Sequence record: PP400787
DNA: 64,000 bases
Reading direction: 5' to 3' (one strand)
Origin: Escherichia phage FL23
Shown here: positions 1-10,700 of the stretch, piece by piece
Layout: every line of letters begins with the position of its first letter
Numbering within the stretch: the stretch's first letter is position 1
Made by a program: the position numbers and the translations under genes
Notes under the pieces: model-generated
Database searches by the model: none
What the model was told of the DNA's origin: nothing
The model's input: the letters and a program-made list of their open reading frames with translations, nothing else

Positions 1-1
1 T

Positions 2-91
2 CTACGCGATCTTTATATTGCGATGAACGAAGAAATGATAAAAGAGCTAAAACGTCAACTGAAGGTGATTCAATTTGGCCAGGGAAATTAA
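2..91 (+). CDS. 3' end of an upstream early ORF, 5'-truncated by the window edge (ends ...VIQFGQGN*)
   Basis: Open frame from position 2 to TAA at 89-91; synteny (arn.x region upstream of arn). Confidence 0.3.
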   Translation, partial: LRDLYIAMNEEMIKELKRQLKVIQFGQGN

Positions 92-293
92 TTCAAAATC
101 CGATTATTTTAACTCTCTCAATGATAAAGATAAAAATCTAATACGGCATTTTATTGTTGAGATGGGATATACCGATACACGCGATTTAAGAGAACATATA
201 TTTGAATGTGGTGTAGCTAAAAAGTTTTCATTCACATGCAAATGTTTAAGAGAGGTAATTCAGCACTATGAACAATTTAGTCGCAAAACATAA
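75..293 (+). CDS. hypothetical small protein; start uncertain (TTG at 75, alternative ATG at 162)
   Basis: ORF track; AAGG 9 nt upstream of TTG; no recognisable motif. Confidence 0.35.
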   Translation: MAREINSKSDYFNSLNDKDKNLIRHFIVEMGYTDTRDLREHIFECGVAKKFSFTCKCLREVIQHYEQFSRKT

Positions 294-376
294 TTTTAAT
301 AAAGCTTCTGTTCATAAGGATAAGAAGAAAGCGTTTAAAGAATCTAATCGCAAACAGAAACATAAGGGGAAGGTCT

Positions 377-655
377 ATGATTATTGATTCTCAATCCGTG
401 GTTCAATACACAATCAAAATTGATATTCTAGAAAAGCTATATAAGTTTCTACCAAACCTATACCATTCAATTGTTAATGAATTAGTTGAAGAACTACATC
501 TTGAGAATAATGATTTCTTAATTGGAACTTATAAAGACCTCTCAAAAGCAGGATATTTCTACGTAATTCCAGCTCCAGGAAAAAGTATTGATGATGTATT
601 AAAAACTATAATGATTTATGTCCATGATTATGAAATTGAAGATTATTTCGAATGA
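377..655 (+). CDS. arn: Arn-like anti-restriction protein (92 aa, acidic)
   Basis: 92-aa ORF next to asiA, sequence recognised as T4 Arn-like; SD AAGGGGA before ATG. Confidence 0.65.
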   Translation: MIIDSQSVVQYTIKIDILEKLYKFLPNLYHSIVNELVEELHLENNDFLIGTYKDLSKAGYFYVIPAPGKSIDDVLKTIMIYVHDYEIEDYFE

Positions 656-804
656 GTCATAATCTTGAAAAGGTAATCGAGCATAATGTAGCTCAGGAAC
701 GTAAGTCGTTCAAGGAATTCGTAGAAAAAATTTTTGAAGAAAATAACACAGACCAGTTTACAAATCAAGCGTCTGATGATATTATAACAAAGTCAACTAA
801 TTGA
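652..804 (+). CDS. small hypothetical ORF (50 aa) between arn and asiA
   Basis: ATG overlaps arn stop (ATGA); not in ORF track (below length cutoff). Confidence 0.35.
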   Translation: MSHNLEKVIEHNVAQERKSFKEFVEKIFEENNTDQFTNQASDDIITKSTN

Positions 805-816
805 GTGGTATAGTTA

Positions 817-1089
817 ATGAATAAAAACATTGATACAGTTCGTGAAATTATTACTGTTGCGTCTATTTTGATTAAATTTTCCAGAGAAGATATTGTTGAG
901 AATCGTGCTAATTTTATTGCATTTCTGAATGAGATTGGAGTAACGCATGAAGGTAGAAAATTAAATCAGAATTCATTCCGTAAAATTGTTTCTGAATTAA
1001 CTCAAGAAGATAAGAAAACCCTCATCGACGAATTCAACGAGGGTTTTGAGGGTGTATATCGATATCTAGAGATGTATACGAACAAATAA
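817..1089 (+). CDS. asiA: AsiA anti-sigma70 factor / MotA co-activator
   Basis: 90-aa protein MNKNIDTVREIITVASILIKF...EMYTNK recognised as T4 AsiA. Confidence 0.9.
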   Translation: MNKNIDTVREIITVASILIKFSREDIVENRANFIAFLNEIGVTHEGRKLNQNSFRKIVSELTQEDKKTLIDEFNEGFEGVYRYLEMYTNK

Positions 1090-1746
1090 TTATTTAGCCC
1101 TTCCTAATATTCTGGCCGCCTGAGCACATATTGATTCAAGGCGGTCATTACTTATATGATCATTTCTATACCAGTACATGGTTATCGTTCCAGCATAGAT
1201 ATTATCCAAATTAAAATATGGACAACTGTACATGTAGTTTATTTCGGGAGTAGGCTTTTTAGTTGGTAAAAAAGCAAATTTTGAGTTGGAATAATAATGA
1301 CGTCCATTTAAATGAACTGCATATTCATCCATAGTTTTATCAACAGGATATCCTCCAAGTGATTTTTCACTTATTGTTGAAGGTAATTTTCCTTCATATG
1401 CTATAATATCAACAAAATAGTTTAAGTTTTTAGGGCGGAAAGAATACACCGCACTAAAGTCTGCCTCAGATGATATATGAACTATCTGGAGTTGTTCCAG
1501 GGCGACAGATTCAAAGCGTGCATTTCTTTCCTTTTCAATAATTTCACTGTATGTTTCATACTTTGATTGCTTGTAGTACTCAAAGAAACTATCTCCCCTA
1601 TACCAAACAATCGCCATTATAAACAAAAGAATTACGACAGCTACCCGGGAAGCAAGAACTTTCCCGGTAGCGTTATCTTTGAACAAGCGATCTAGAACAC
1701 CAAACAGAATATCAGAGGGCGAAAATGATATTCTAGGTGCTGCCAT
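1090..1746 (-). CDS. t: holin t
   Basis: 218 aa, N-terminal MAAPRISFSPSDILFGVLDRLF and one TM segment; T4 holin; downstream of gene 38. Confidence 0.9.
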   Translation of the reverse strand: MAAPRISFSPSDILFGVLDRLFKDNATGKVLASRVAVVILLFIMAIVWYRGDSFFEYYKQSKYETYSEIIEKERNARFESVALEQLQIVHISSEADFSAVYSFRPKNLNYFVDIIAYEGKLPSTISEKSLGGYPVDKTMDEYAVHLNGRHYYSNSKFAFLPTKKPTPEINYMYSCPYFNLDNIYAGTITMYWYRNDHISNDRLESICAQAARILGRAK

Positions 1747-1776
1747 AGACCCTCCTTTTAAGGATATTTATTCAAA

Positions 1777-2553
1777 TTATACTCTTGGACCATATATTGC
1801 TCCAACATTTATCCACGTTGGAGCAGACCCTATAACAGCATAACCAGCAGCGCCGCCATTATATTCAGATCCTTGACCGCGAATATTGCATCTACCTCCC
1901 GCGGAACCTACTTCACCACCGTTTCCGCCGTTATAGATACCATTCACGGATCCTGAGCCAGGTGCAGAAATAGTACCACCAGTCGCGCCTGATTGCATAT
2001 CAATAGATCCGCCTGGCGCACCAAAAGGACGACCGCCACCGCCGCCAAAGGTCAATCTCATTTGTGAAAAAGGAGAATAATATCCGCCGCCACCGCCGCC
2101 GCCACCGCCTGCAATAGCTCCACCATTATTAATTCTTAGTCTCCCACCAATATCGTTTTGAATACAATGACCTCCAGCTGAGCCAGGACTATTGCTACCG
2201 CCATTCCCGCCACGACCATACATCGTTACGCCGTGTATATTTAACTGAACATATTCATTCGGTGTATCTCCGTACATGAAGAATAAAGGAACATCTTTAG
2301 AATATGATACTAAATCTCCAGTGATATTAAACACTATAGGTGCACTACCTGCCTCAAAACATCTATCTCGGAACCATTGACCATTGAAGTTATGGTCTGC
2401 TCCAAGCGTGTGAATTACTTCAACAGATCGACCTATCATATTACTCATCCAAAATGGAATTCCCATTCTCAATCTCTGCGCGGCACCACCCATCCAAGGG
2501 TCTCCAGTTTGTACCCTCGCAGACCATCCTACCCACGGTCCTTCAACTGCCAT
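1777..2553 (-). CDS. 38: gp38 receptor-recognising adhesin, glycine-rich (T2/T6 type rather than the T4 assembly-chaperone type)
   Basis: Poly-Gly tracts ([23 protein letters not shown]) typical of gp38 adhesin glycine-rich motifs; start at second ATG (2553) preceded by GGAGG; ORF track start 2583 probably too far upstream. Confidence 0.8.
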   Translation of the reverse strand: MAVEGPWVGWSARVQTGDPWMGGAAQRLRMGIPFWMSNMIGRSVEVIHTLGADHNFNGQWFRDRCFEAGSAPIVFNITGDLVSYSKDVPLFFMYGDTPNEYVQLNIHGVTMYGRGGNGGSNSPGSAGGHCIQNDIGGRLRINNGGAIAGGGGGGGGGYYSPFSQMRLTFGGGGGRPFGAPGGSIDMQSGATGGTISAPGSGSVNGIYNGGNGGEVGSAGGRCNIRGQGSEYNGGAAGYAVIGSAPTWINVGAIYGPRV

Positions 2554-2565
2554 ATAAACCTCCAA

Positions 2566-2579
2566 GGGGCCGAAGCCCC
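2566..2579 (-). other. GGGGCUUCGGCCCC tetraloop hairpin in the 37/38 intercistronic region, immediately 5' of the gene 38 SD
   Basis: Plus strand ggggccgaagcccc; 5-bp GC stem with UUCG loop on the minus-strand mRNA. Confidence 0.7.
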
Positions 2580-2584
2580 TCATT

Positions 2585-5500
2585 TTATTTTAACAATGAT
2601 TTGACTAATTTTTTAAGCTCTTCAATCTCTGACTTAAGTTCCGCAATTTCTGTAGTATGTTCATTTATTGCAGCTGTATTTAAACCAATTACACCGTTAT
2701 AGTTCAAACGAAGTAAAGCTTCGCCATCAGGGTCACCTTCAACTAATTCTGGTAAAATAGCTTGAACTTCTTGGGCTATCAAACCGGCGTTAGGTTCCCA
2801 TTTCTGATTGCCTTCTTCGTCCGTTCCACGTTTCTGCATATAAGTGTAACCGTTAATTTTAGAAAGCTTCTGAGAAGCATTTTCAAATTTAACAAGGTCT
2901 TTTTTAACACGAATATCAGAACGGACATAAACATCACGGACAAACGTTGAATAACTATCATTTGCCTGAACGAGATGCCCATGAGAAACGATAGCTCTTC
3001 CAACTTCTGTCCAAAAAGCACCGGTTGAATCCCAAAGCCCAGGATGAGATTGATAGCCTGCTCCCCAGTTTGCAATATGTACACCATTGGCAACCATGTT
3101 AATTCGCCCATCACCACCATGAACTAATCCGGTATCATTATCACCAATAACAAGACATGGTCCAGTCCACGCCGGGTCACCACCGCCAGCCGATAATCTT
3201 GCTCCGGCTTTAACCATGTCAGGAACGTACATGTTTCCATTATAGTGGAATTCGAAGATAGCTTGTGGGTCGGAACCGTTTTCCTGATTACCTACACGAA
3301 TAATACCTTGTGCCCAGTTATTAGGAATGCGTCGCATACCAAAATCAACACCAGATACGTATCCTTCATTCGTAATAACAGATTTTCCTTTGATAATTGG
3401 ATAATAACTATCATTACCGACGTAGCCAAAATCCACAAATATCGGAGCTTCCTGGCGCCATTGATTTCCCCAATCGCCGGCCTGGTGACTGGTCCAGACA
3501 GAGCCATTAATAAAAAGTCGGTCCCTATTAAAATTAAAAGTGGCAGACCCTTCCGGGTTTAAAGCAATATCACCACCATTATTAACATATATGCCTGATC
3601 TATTTTGGAAACTATAAAACGATATGGCATTATCAGCACCACCATTACCTACATACCAGTTATCAACGCCTGCTTTTTGTCCTTTCAAATAGCCAGATTC
3701 GGTTGCCGCGCTATTAATAACGATGGCATCAGAGTTTGCATTAAGAGTTAAGCGACCTGTCAGCGTATCGCCTTCTTTTGAAACACGGCTATAGACAGCA
3801 CCAAGAAGATTGGTTATATCACCGGAAGAATTAAACGTTTTCCAGATATCAGACCAGATGTTACCATTGCGACCAATAGTAGCTTCACCACCACCAACCT
3901 GGACATTATCAGGGAAGTTAACAGTACCGTCTTGATTAAAACGAGACGTATGGCCTTGTGATCCATCTTCTTTCAGATGATGAATAACGAATGTACCCGA
4001 ATTAATTTCAGTACCTAAAGACCAAACGGCTTTACCGTTTAAAAACTTCTGTTTAACAATAGGATAATATTTGCTTACAGCATCATCATCGATTTCCTGG
4101 AAAATAGGAGCCGCTTGAACATATTGAATATCATAACCACCAGCGCCTGCGCCATGACCAGTAAATTTAATATAGCCGTTTGCTGCGAACGTATTGTAAC
4201 TTGATTGTAAATCTGGAATAGTAACTTTACCAGTATCTAAAGCCATACTAAACGGGCGAAGTGGACCGATATCACCATTTTTACCTTCACCATAAGCAGT
4301 TGGAATAATATGAAGACTTCCTTCTGAACGTCTAAAAATAGCTCCATAATCTGCATTCCAAATGCGAAGAGCATTCACTGCTCCAGATGAAATTTCGCCT
4401 GTTGTGTGAACTCCCCTATTTCCAGCAGTAACACCAGATGATTCAAATGAACCGTTAACGTTCATTTCTACTTCACCTGTTGTAAGTCTTTGAATATAGC
4501 TCATCCAACTAGTTGCATCAGAAATTTCCATGACATTTTTACGATTACCTACACTAGGATTAGTAAACGTATTACCCCAAACAGAAATTGTCATATTATC
4601 AACTGAACTACTACCAGTTGTGTTACCTCTAAACAACAGTGTAGAAGCATTATTTATACCATCGATATTAACAGAACCACCAATAACGTCAATATTACCA
4701 GGAGTAACTAACAAACCGCCATGAGTATTAATGTTTGTAGTACCCTTACCACGGAAATAGTGATGATAATTACCGCCTTGATAATATCCTAAAAGAGTCT
4801 GACCATCTCCAAACGCGTTATTATCGTGGTATGTCACTACAGTAGCAAGAGCATAATTTTCAGTTGGAGGAGTAGTTAAATCGGTTCCGTTAGTAGAATA
4901 TCCAGCTACAAATTTTCTTAGGCTAGTTGTTTCGCTTGGACTAAATAAAAACGTTTTTGTGCCATTGTTAACACTGAAATAATATCCGTCTTGATGCCAT
5001 TTAAATCCAGTATCATTATCTCCTAAAGCAATTGAGGACGTTCCTAATTCAGAATATCCTTTAGGGCCGCCTGGGGTGCCTATAGAAATAGAATGACCCG
5101 CTTTCAATCCACCGGACCATGTAAACGACCAAAGATAAGCGTCAAGTCCATCACCTGCATACCAAGTTATCCCATCATTGTCTTTAACCTCATGAAAAAT
5201 ACCTGCACCTACGGCATTACGCATGACACGAAGATGATTAATAGCAGTAGTGCTTTCAGATAATGGGGTGTTATTTGCTAATGAATAGATATCATAATCT
5301 CCTGCCTTCTTCCCGTTTGTAATAACTTTGTCGGTCAGAATTTGTGGAGACGAAATAGATTTCCATGCTGATACTTCAGGTGAAGTAAATAGGCCACTGC
5401 CTGAAAATGCATAAGTGCTTTCGCTACCAGCGGCGTAGTCTTGAACCCTGATATTAAGTACTTGTGTAGTTAAACCATCATTAGCCGGGGAATAAATGAT

Positions 5501-5896
5501 TCCACGTTCGCGACTATTGCCATCGAAAAAACGAACATGCGCTGTACCTGAACTTTTTGTAATAAGTTCTCCGCCTTCAGTCATAATCTGCCCAGCAGCA
5601 ATAATATCGCGAGTTACTCGAGCAATACCAGTTAAATTAAAATTACCAGTCTGAGTGAAGGTGCCATCTAAAGTATAATCGCCAGTTTGGTTATAATTGC
5701 CTGTATGAATAACATTCCCGTCAATACTACCGCCTTTAGCAAAACCCAGATCAATAATATTTCCTTGGTCATCTTTAGTAAAAAGTACACGGTCTTTTAA
5801 GTTTATAGCCAATTCACCTTCGGCTAATACTGAAGCGGCAGGACGTGCTCCTGCAGTTTTGCTTCTTTTAAATTGTATTTGTTTTAAAGTAGCCAT
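2585..5896 (-). CDS. 37: gp37 long tail fibre distal subunit with C-terminal coiled-coil/intramolecular-chaperone-like end
   Basis: 1103 aa; N-terminus [13 protein letters not shown]...[12 protein letters not shown] is gp37-like; C-terminus ...[21 protein letters not shown] rather than a T4-type His-box tip. Confidence 0.9.
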   Translation of the reverse strand: MATLKQIQFKRSKTAGARPAASVLAEGELAINLKDRVLFTKDDQGNIIDLGFAKGGSIDGNVIHTGNYNQTGDYTLDGTFTQTGNFNLTGIARVTRDIIAAGQIMTEGGELITKSSGTAHVRFFDGNSRERGIIYSPANDGLTTQVLNIRVQDYAAGSESTYAFSGSGLFTSPEVSAWKSISSPQILTDKVITNGKKAGDYDIYSLANNTPLSESTTAINHLRVMRNAVGAGIFHEVKDNDGITWYAGDGLDAYLWSFTWSGGLKAGHSISIGTPGGPKGYSELGTSSIALGDNDTGFKWHQDGYYFSVNNGTKTFLFSPSETTSLRKFVAGYSTNGTDLTTPPTENYALATVVTYHDNNAFGDGQTLLGYYQGGNYHHYFRGKGTTNINTHGGLLVTPGNIDVIGGSVNIDGINNASTLLFRGNTTGSSSVDNMTISVWGNTFTNPSVGNRKNVMEISDATSWMSYIQRLTTGEVEMNVNGSFESSGVTAGNRGVHTTGEISSGAVNALRIWNADYGAIFRRSEGSLHIIPTAYGEGKNGDIGPLRPFSMALDTGKVTIPDLQSSYNTFAANGYIKFTGHGAGAGGYDIQYVQAAPIFQEIDDDAVSKYYPIVKQKFLNGKAVWSLGTEINSGTFVIHHLKEDGSQGHTSRFNQDGTVNFPDNVQVGGGEATIGRNGNIWSDIWKTFNSSGDITNLLGAVYSRVSKEGDTLTGRLTLNANSDAIVINSAATESGYLKGQKAGVDNWYVGNGGADNAISFYSFQNRSGIYVNNGGDIALNPEGSATFNFNRDRLFINGSVWTSHQAGDWGNQWRQEAPIFVDFGYVGNDSYYPIIKGKSVITNEGYVSGVDFGMRRIPNNWAQGIIRVGNQENGSDPQAIFEFHYNGNMYVPDMVKAGARLSAGGGDPAWTGPCLVIGDNDTGLVHGGDGRINMVANGVHIANWGAGYQSHPGLWDSTGAFWTEVGRAIVSHGHLVQANDSYSTFVRDVYVRSDIRVKKDLVKFENASQKLSKINGYTYMQKRGTDEEGNQKWEPNAGLIAQEVQAILPELVEGDPDGEALLRLNYNGVIGLNTAAINEHTTEIAELKSEIEELKKLVKSLLK

Positions 5897-5904
5897 AAGT
5901 CCTC

Positions 5905-6561
5905 TTAATAATAGCCGAAATCTTGAACAGAATCCTTAATAACAATTTGATCAAATCGTGGAACATGTGAGGGTTGAGATGCAGGATTCTGTGAAAAAAG
6001 GTTTGGCGCAGTTAAATTTCCTGTCATAGTGTCTCCAGAGCGTAATACCCTAGAGTTTGCGTTTGCTGTAACAATATTTATTGCTCCATCAACATAATCT
6101 TTCCGCGTAAGGTCATAATTATTTACTGGTGATAACGAAGTTACACGGATTTGTGATGCTTCAATTACACCCTTTGAGCTAATATCTCCATTTCGCGTGT
6201 TAATTACTACAGTTCTACCTGCTGTTCCTTGTGATGATTTAAAACCAATACCATACCACGAAACAATATCCATATTTGTAGTATCATACGTGGCACTATC
6301 ACCAGGACCAGCAAAAATACCATTATCACCTGACCCTGCGCCAGGAACAGTCATTCCTTTATTAAAAATTACTTTATTTAAATAAGTACCACCATTAGCT
6401 TTAGAAACGAAATCGTTATCAGCAGCTTGCGGTTTATTGTATTCTGAATATATTTTAAATGATTTATAGAGTACATCGTCACCGGCTGGATTCAATGGAA
6501 AATTTCCTTGATGCCAAATGACAGAGCCTCCGGTTGTTGAACCTACTTTTAAATCAGCCAT
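5905..6561 (-). CDS. 36: gp36 long tail fibre distal connector
   Basis: 218 aa, position between 35 and 37, sequence recognised. Confidence 0.85.
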   Translation of the reverse strand: MADLKVGSTTGGSVIWHQGNFPLNPAGDDVLYKSFKIYSEYNKPQAADNDFVSKANGGTYLNKVIFNKGMTVPGAGSGDNGIFAGPGDSATYDTTNMDIVSWYGIGFKSSQGTAGRTVVINTRNGDISSKGVIEASQIRVTSLSPVNNYDLTRKDYVDGAINIVTANANSRVLRSGDTMTGNLTAPNLFSQNPASQPSHVPRFDQIVIKDSVQDFGYY

Positions 6562-6584
6562 TGTATGCCCCTTTATTTTAATAG

Positions 6585-6592
6585 TATTTATA
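6585..6592 (-). promoter_or_regulatory. late promoter TATAAATA for genes 36-37-38
   Basis: Plus strand tatttata, about 24 nt upstream of the gene 36 ATG. Confidence 0.6.
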
Positions 6593-6595
6593 AAG

Positions 6596-6618
6596 AAAAA
6601 GGGAACCCGAAGGCTCCC
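6596..6618 (-). terminator. hairpin GGGAGCCUUCGGGUUCCC plus U-run after gene 35
   Basis: Plus strand aaaaagggaacccgaaggctccc; stem with one G-U wobble, UUCG loop. Confidence 0.6.
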
Positions 6619-6623
6619 TCAAT

Positions 6624-7739
6624 TTAAACTTCTCTAAATTCTTGTCCAAACACTTTACCAGTTTTAGACGATGCTTGTGTAGGAAGTACCATTATATCTG
6701 GAGGTGAAGCAGATTCACAGACATAATTAACGCGAATACCGTTGACGCCAAATTCAGCAGGTTTTGAAATGCCGCCATTTCTTGATACTTCAGAAAAGCT
6801 TAAATTTCTCATGCCTCCTTGACCTGCTTGGGCAGTTCTTTGTGCATATATCGTAAATCCTACCGCATTTTCAGGAACAACTACATAGTCTTCCTTTAAT
6901 TCCCATGACCCAGCTTGACCAGTAAACTCAGCATGTGTTGAAGAAATATATCCATCCGATTCATTATAAAATCTAATGGATATATTCGTAGTTCCAAGAG
7001 CAAGTAAATCAGCATCAGCATATAGTTGTGCTTTAAGATAAAGAACATCGCCTGGAATTAAATTATAATCAGATAATTTACTTATAGCAGCTGAAGTTGG
7101 TAGACGCGCAATTTCGTTATTAGTTCCACCAACCGCTGACATAAACTGCTCAACGCTTTCATATGTTCTTCTTGGAAACCCGGTAGCTCCGACGTCTTCT
7201 AAACTGTCAAATACAACATCTAAAATAGTTTGATAATCATCCGTGCTTTTTCTGTTGCTCAGTTTAACATGCTCTAATGCGATAGCTCTTTTAGAAGAAG
7301 TGTAAAAAGCAGCATATGATACATCAAATCTTGACAATACAGAGTCAGATGGAAAAGCAGACGTTCCTGCTGTTCTTAACCAAGATACTACTTCAGGAGG
7401 AAAATTAACCTTTCCGCTAGTTAATATAGCAACAATTCTATTATTCGTCAAAGAATTCATGAAACTAACAAAAGCGGCTGATGTAGTATCATTTGAAGTA
7501 GAAAAAGCATATGACTTACTATCAACTAATGCTCCTGTAGAGGGATCAAAAACTCTTAAATGAAGACCTGCGCTAAATGTTTGATTTCCTACAGGATTAT
7601 CCTGAAATTTAACATATGGTCCTGCGGTAGAAAGCGGGCAAGAACCCGCTATACTTATTTTGTATCTTACTGAATTGCTTTCCGATAAAAATGGCGTTTG
7701 GACATATCCTTGTCCAAACTCTGCCATAAATTTTTCCAT
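6624..7739 (-). CDS. 35: gp35 long tail fibre hinge connector
   Basis: 371 aa, synteny 34-35-36. Confidence 0.85.
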   Translation of the reverse strand: MEKFMAEFGQGYVQTPFLSESNSVRYKISIAGSCPLSTAGPYVKFQDNPVGNQTFSAGLHLRVFDPSTGALVDSKSYAFSTSNDTTSAAFVSFMNSLTNNRIVAILTSGKVNFPPEVVSWLRTAGTSAFPSDSVLSRFDVSYAAFYTSSKRAIALEHVKLSNRKSTDDYQTILDVVFDSLEDVGATGFPRRTYESVEQFMSAVGGTNNEIARLPTSAAISKLSDYNLIPGDVLYLKAQLYADADLLALGTTNISIRFYNESDGYISSTHAEFTGQAGSWELKEDYVVVPENAVGFTIYAQRTAQAGQGGMRNLSFSEVSRNGGISKPAEFGVNGIRVNYVCESASPPDIMVLPTQASSKTGKVFGQEFREV

Positions 7740-7747
7740 AATACCTC

Positions 7748-10700
7748 TTATTCAACCCATTCAAATTTAACAGTTTTATTCACTGGGTCAGGAACAATGC
7801 GAACATTACCAATTCGTAAGAAATCACGAATAGTAAGATTCCCCATTATAGCATTATCAGATGGTAAAGCACCAATATCAGATGGCTGAGGAGGGTTACC
7901 CCCATCAAATACTTGAACAAAACTTGACCAAGAGTTTTTGGTTTTCTGCCATGTACGTGTCCAACGAGTGGTACGTGCTTCTGGTGTTGTTGGATAAGTA
8001 ATCCAATCTTGGTAAAGCGAATCAAGTGTGTTACCAAACTGAGTCAGTGTACCAGGAGATTTAACTTCTTCGCCACGTTCTAAGTATGGAAGTCCAGTCA
8101 CTTCATTAGTTTTTTCAACCATTTTAAAATAACCAGGGAACTGGTTATAAGTGGCTGAATCGTTAATATCGATTGACCAGAATCCTACTGTATCAGATGT
8201 TGGTGCGCGGGTGTATAAATCAGATGTTTTAGTACCCTGAGAACGAATTCTCGAGTTAACAGTTAAACCACCGCTGTTAATTGTTGCTCCACCTTTACTA
8301 ATGATAAGCCCTTCACCAATTGTAACTTGACCGGATTGATTATTAATTGATAATGGACGTAATCCATTAAATCCACCAAACTGATCACCGGCTGCAGTGA
8401 GCATAAAATAGGTGTCATTACCAGCATTACGAATAAAGAATCCGTAATTTCCATTTATTGCTCTAAAAGCATTTGCTGATTTACTGGTAAATTCTCCATT
8501 AGCAGTAACTGAATTACCAAATGTTGCAACGCCATTCGCATTCAATGAACCAGAAGCATTTACATCTATCGGCATTACAGTACCATTGATATTAAACAAT
8601 ATCTTTCCAGCTGTATTGCGCTGAGAATAAAAGTGATGAGATGTTTCATCACCAACTTCAAATACAGTAGAACGCGTTGAATCTGGTCTGCCACTAAACT
8701 GGTTTCCCCAAACTTTGATAGTCATCGTCTGCGCTGGGTTAGTTTCAGTTTGAGGTCCTTTCTCAAAAATCAGACGAGCTGCTGTTCCAGTTTTAGAAAT
8801 AGTTAATGTATTTACCGAAACTGAACCACCAAACGTAGCAGTACTAGATGATACAAGAGGGGCACTCAGATTCGTTTGTTGGGTTAAGGTTAGTGAACCA
8901 TTAACCGTCTGTGCAATATCCCTACGAATGAACTGAGATGAATCTAGACCATCCAATAAATTACTATCTACAGCTTTTGCTTTTAACGGCAGATAATTTG
9001 CTAATACACGGTTTAATTCATATGGTGATATTGCATAGCTATTTTTCTCATATGATTCTAATGGCTGTGTTGAACCTACCGTATCATTACCAACGAACGT
9101 AATTGAACTAGATGAAGTTTTAACAAAACCTCTTATCGCAGTAGTAGCTGCCCAGGTAGGTTCACTCTGCACAATCCATTTTAAATTTTTTGGAGATACA
9201 GCAGTATTTGCTGACGTTCCAGTCACAGTTTCAGACTGAGTTGCAACTTTAATAACGCCTTCCTGTGCTTCAGTAGATTTAGTACCTAAAAGCTTTTTAG
9301 GAGTTATTAGAACATTATCCAATGTTCCTGCAGCAGCTTCAACTTGTGTAGCTACACGAAGTGTACCACGCTGTGTCTCATTTGCTTCAAGAATATTAAG
9401 GGTATAATGGTCCCAGAGAGTTCCTGATTCAACTAATCCAGATAGAGCAACAACAGAAGTACGATCAGTACTATTAAATCTGGTTTTAATTTTTAATGGT
9501 GTAGAGATACGAGTATCGTCGACGCCTGCGTCGAATTCAACTTGCGTAGCAATTTCAGCTATACCACTTAAACTTTCAGTTGCTCTACGGTCATTTAAAG
9601 TTTTAGGAGTGACTGCACGAGTATAGTCAGTTCCTGTATTAACTTCACTTTGCGTAGCAATTTCAATTAAACCAATTCTTCCATCAGTTGATGTCTTTTT
9701 ATGTAACGTTTCTGGCGTTACAACAGCATTTGCCCATCCTTGCTGACTTTGTCCAGCAATTACTTCACTTTCAACTGCTAAAATTACTGCACCCTGTTGA
9801 GTAGGCGTAGCTTTATACTGATCCAAAGCTTTAGGTGAAACAACTAAATTATTAGTGTTTTTATTATAAACATTCGTACCATTTAATTCACGGCTAGAAG
9901 CTGGAGTAGCTCCTGCAGTAGATACAAAAGTTACAATACCAGATAATGATTCAGAACCTTGACGAGCTTGAAGCTTTTTAGGAGTGATGATTGTAGTATC
10001 ATCAGTACCTGCATTAGTTTCTTGCTGCGTAGCAATTTCAGCAACACCTCTACGAGTTTCTGTAGCAGTTCTTTCATTCAGCTTTTTAGGAGTAATGATA
10101 AGGTCATCTGCAAAAGAGAATGTGGTGTTCTGATTCACTTGAGCAGTAGTTGCTATTCTTGCAATACCTCTACGAGTTTCAGTAGCAGTACGATTAGCTA
10201 ACGTTTCTGGAGTAATTGCTAATTCTTTTTGTGGAGAATTTTCTAAATCGACATTAGCTTGAGCTTGTGTAGCTAAAGCAATTACGCCTAATCTTGCTCT
10301 AGTAGAATCATTTAAAGAATCTACTCTTTCTACAGTTGGAACGTTTTGCTGTACAACCCAGTATTTTCCATCAGAATCTTCTATATAAGCAAGTTGTAAA
10401 ACTGGAACATAATTAGTTTCGCCATTAAAAACTAATTCTTGGACTGTAACCCATTTAGTTTCAGGCGGATATTCTGAACGTTTTGGGAATTGCAGCAATT
10501 GAACTGAAGAAGCAATTTTATCTTCATCAGCAGCTTTGATTTTAACTGTTTGTCCTTTTCTCATGTAATTCATGGAAATTTTAACAGTATCACCAACAGA
10601 AATATCAGTCGGAAGCTGAAGCTCAATTGTCTGAGCTGTTCCGTTATTCGCACCAAATACCATAACTTCTTCATTTGGACGAATATTAGAATTAGTTGTT

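Noticed and set aside
2087-2115. GC-rich simple repeat (ccgccgccaccgccgccgccaccgcc) as a possible regulatory or integration site
   Set aside because: It encodes the poly-glycine tract of gp38 on the minus strand; a coding feature.
2779-3562. ORFs antisense to or out of frame with gene 37 (2779-3120 minus, 3245-3562 plus, 3292-3507 minus)
   Set aside because: All lie inside the gp37 reading frame region with no SD; considered shadow ORFs.
9959-10201. 80-aa plus-strand Ser/Cys-rich ORF in gene 34
   Set aside because: Antisense to the gene 34 repeat array; low complexity, generated by repeat sequence.
9250-10330. Possible CRISPR-like array suggested by regularly spaced repeats
   Set aside because: The repeats are in-frame coding repeats of gp34 with variable length and no spacer/repeat structure; no cas genes are present.
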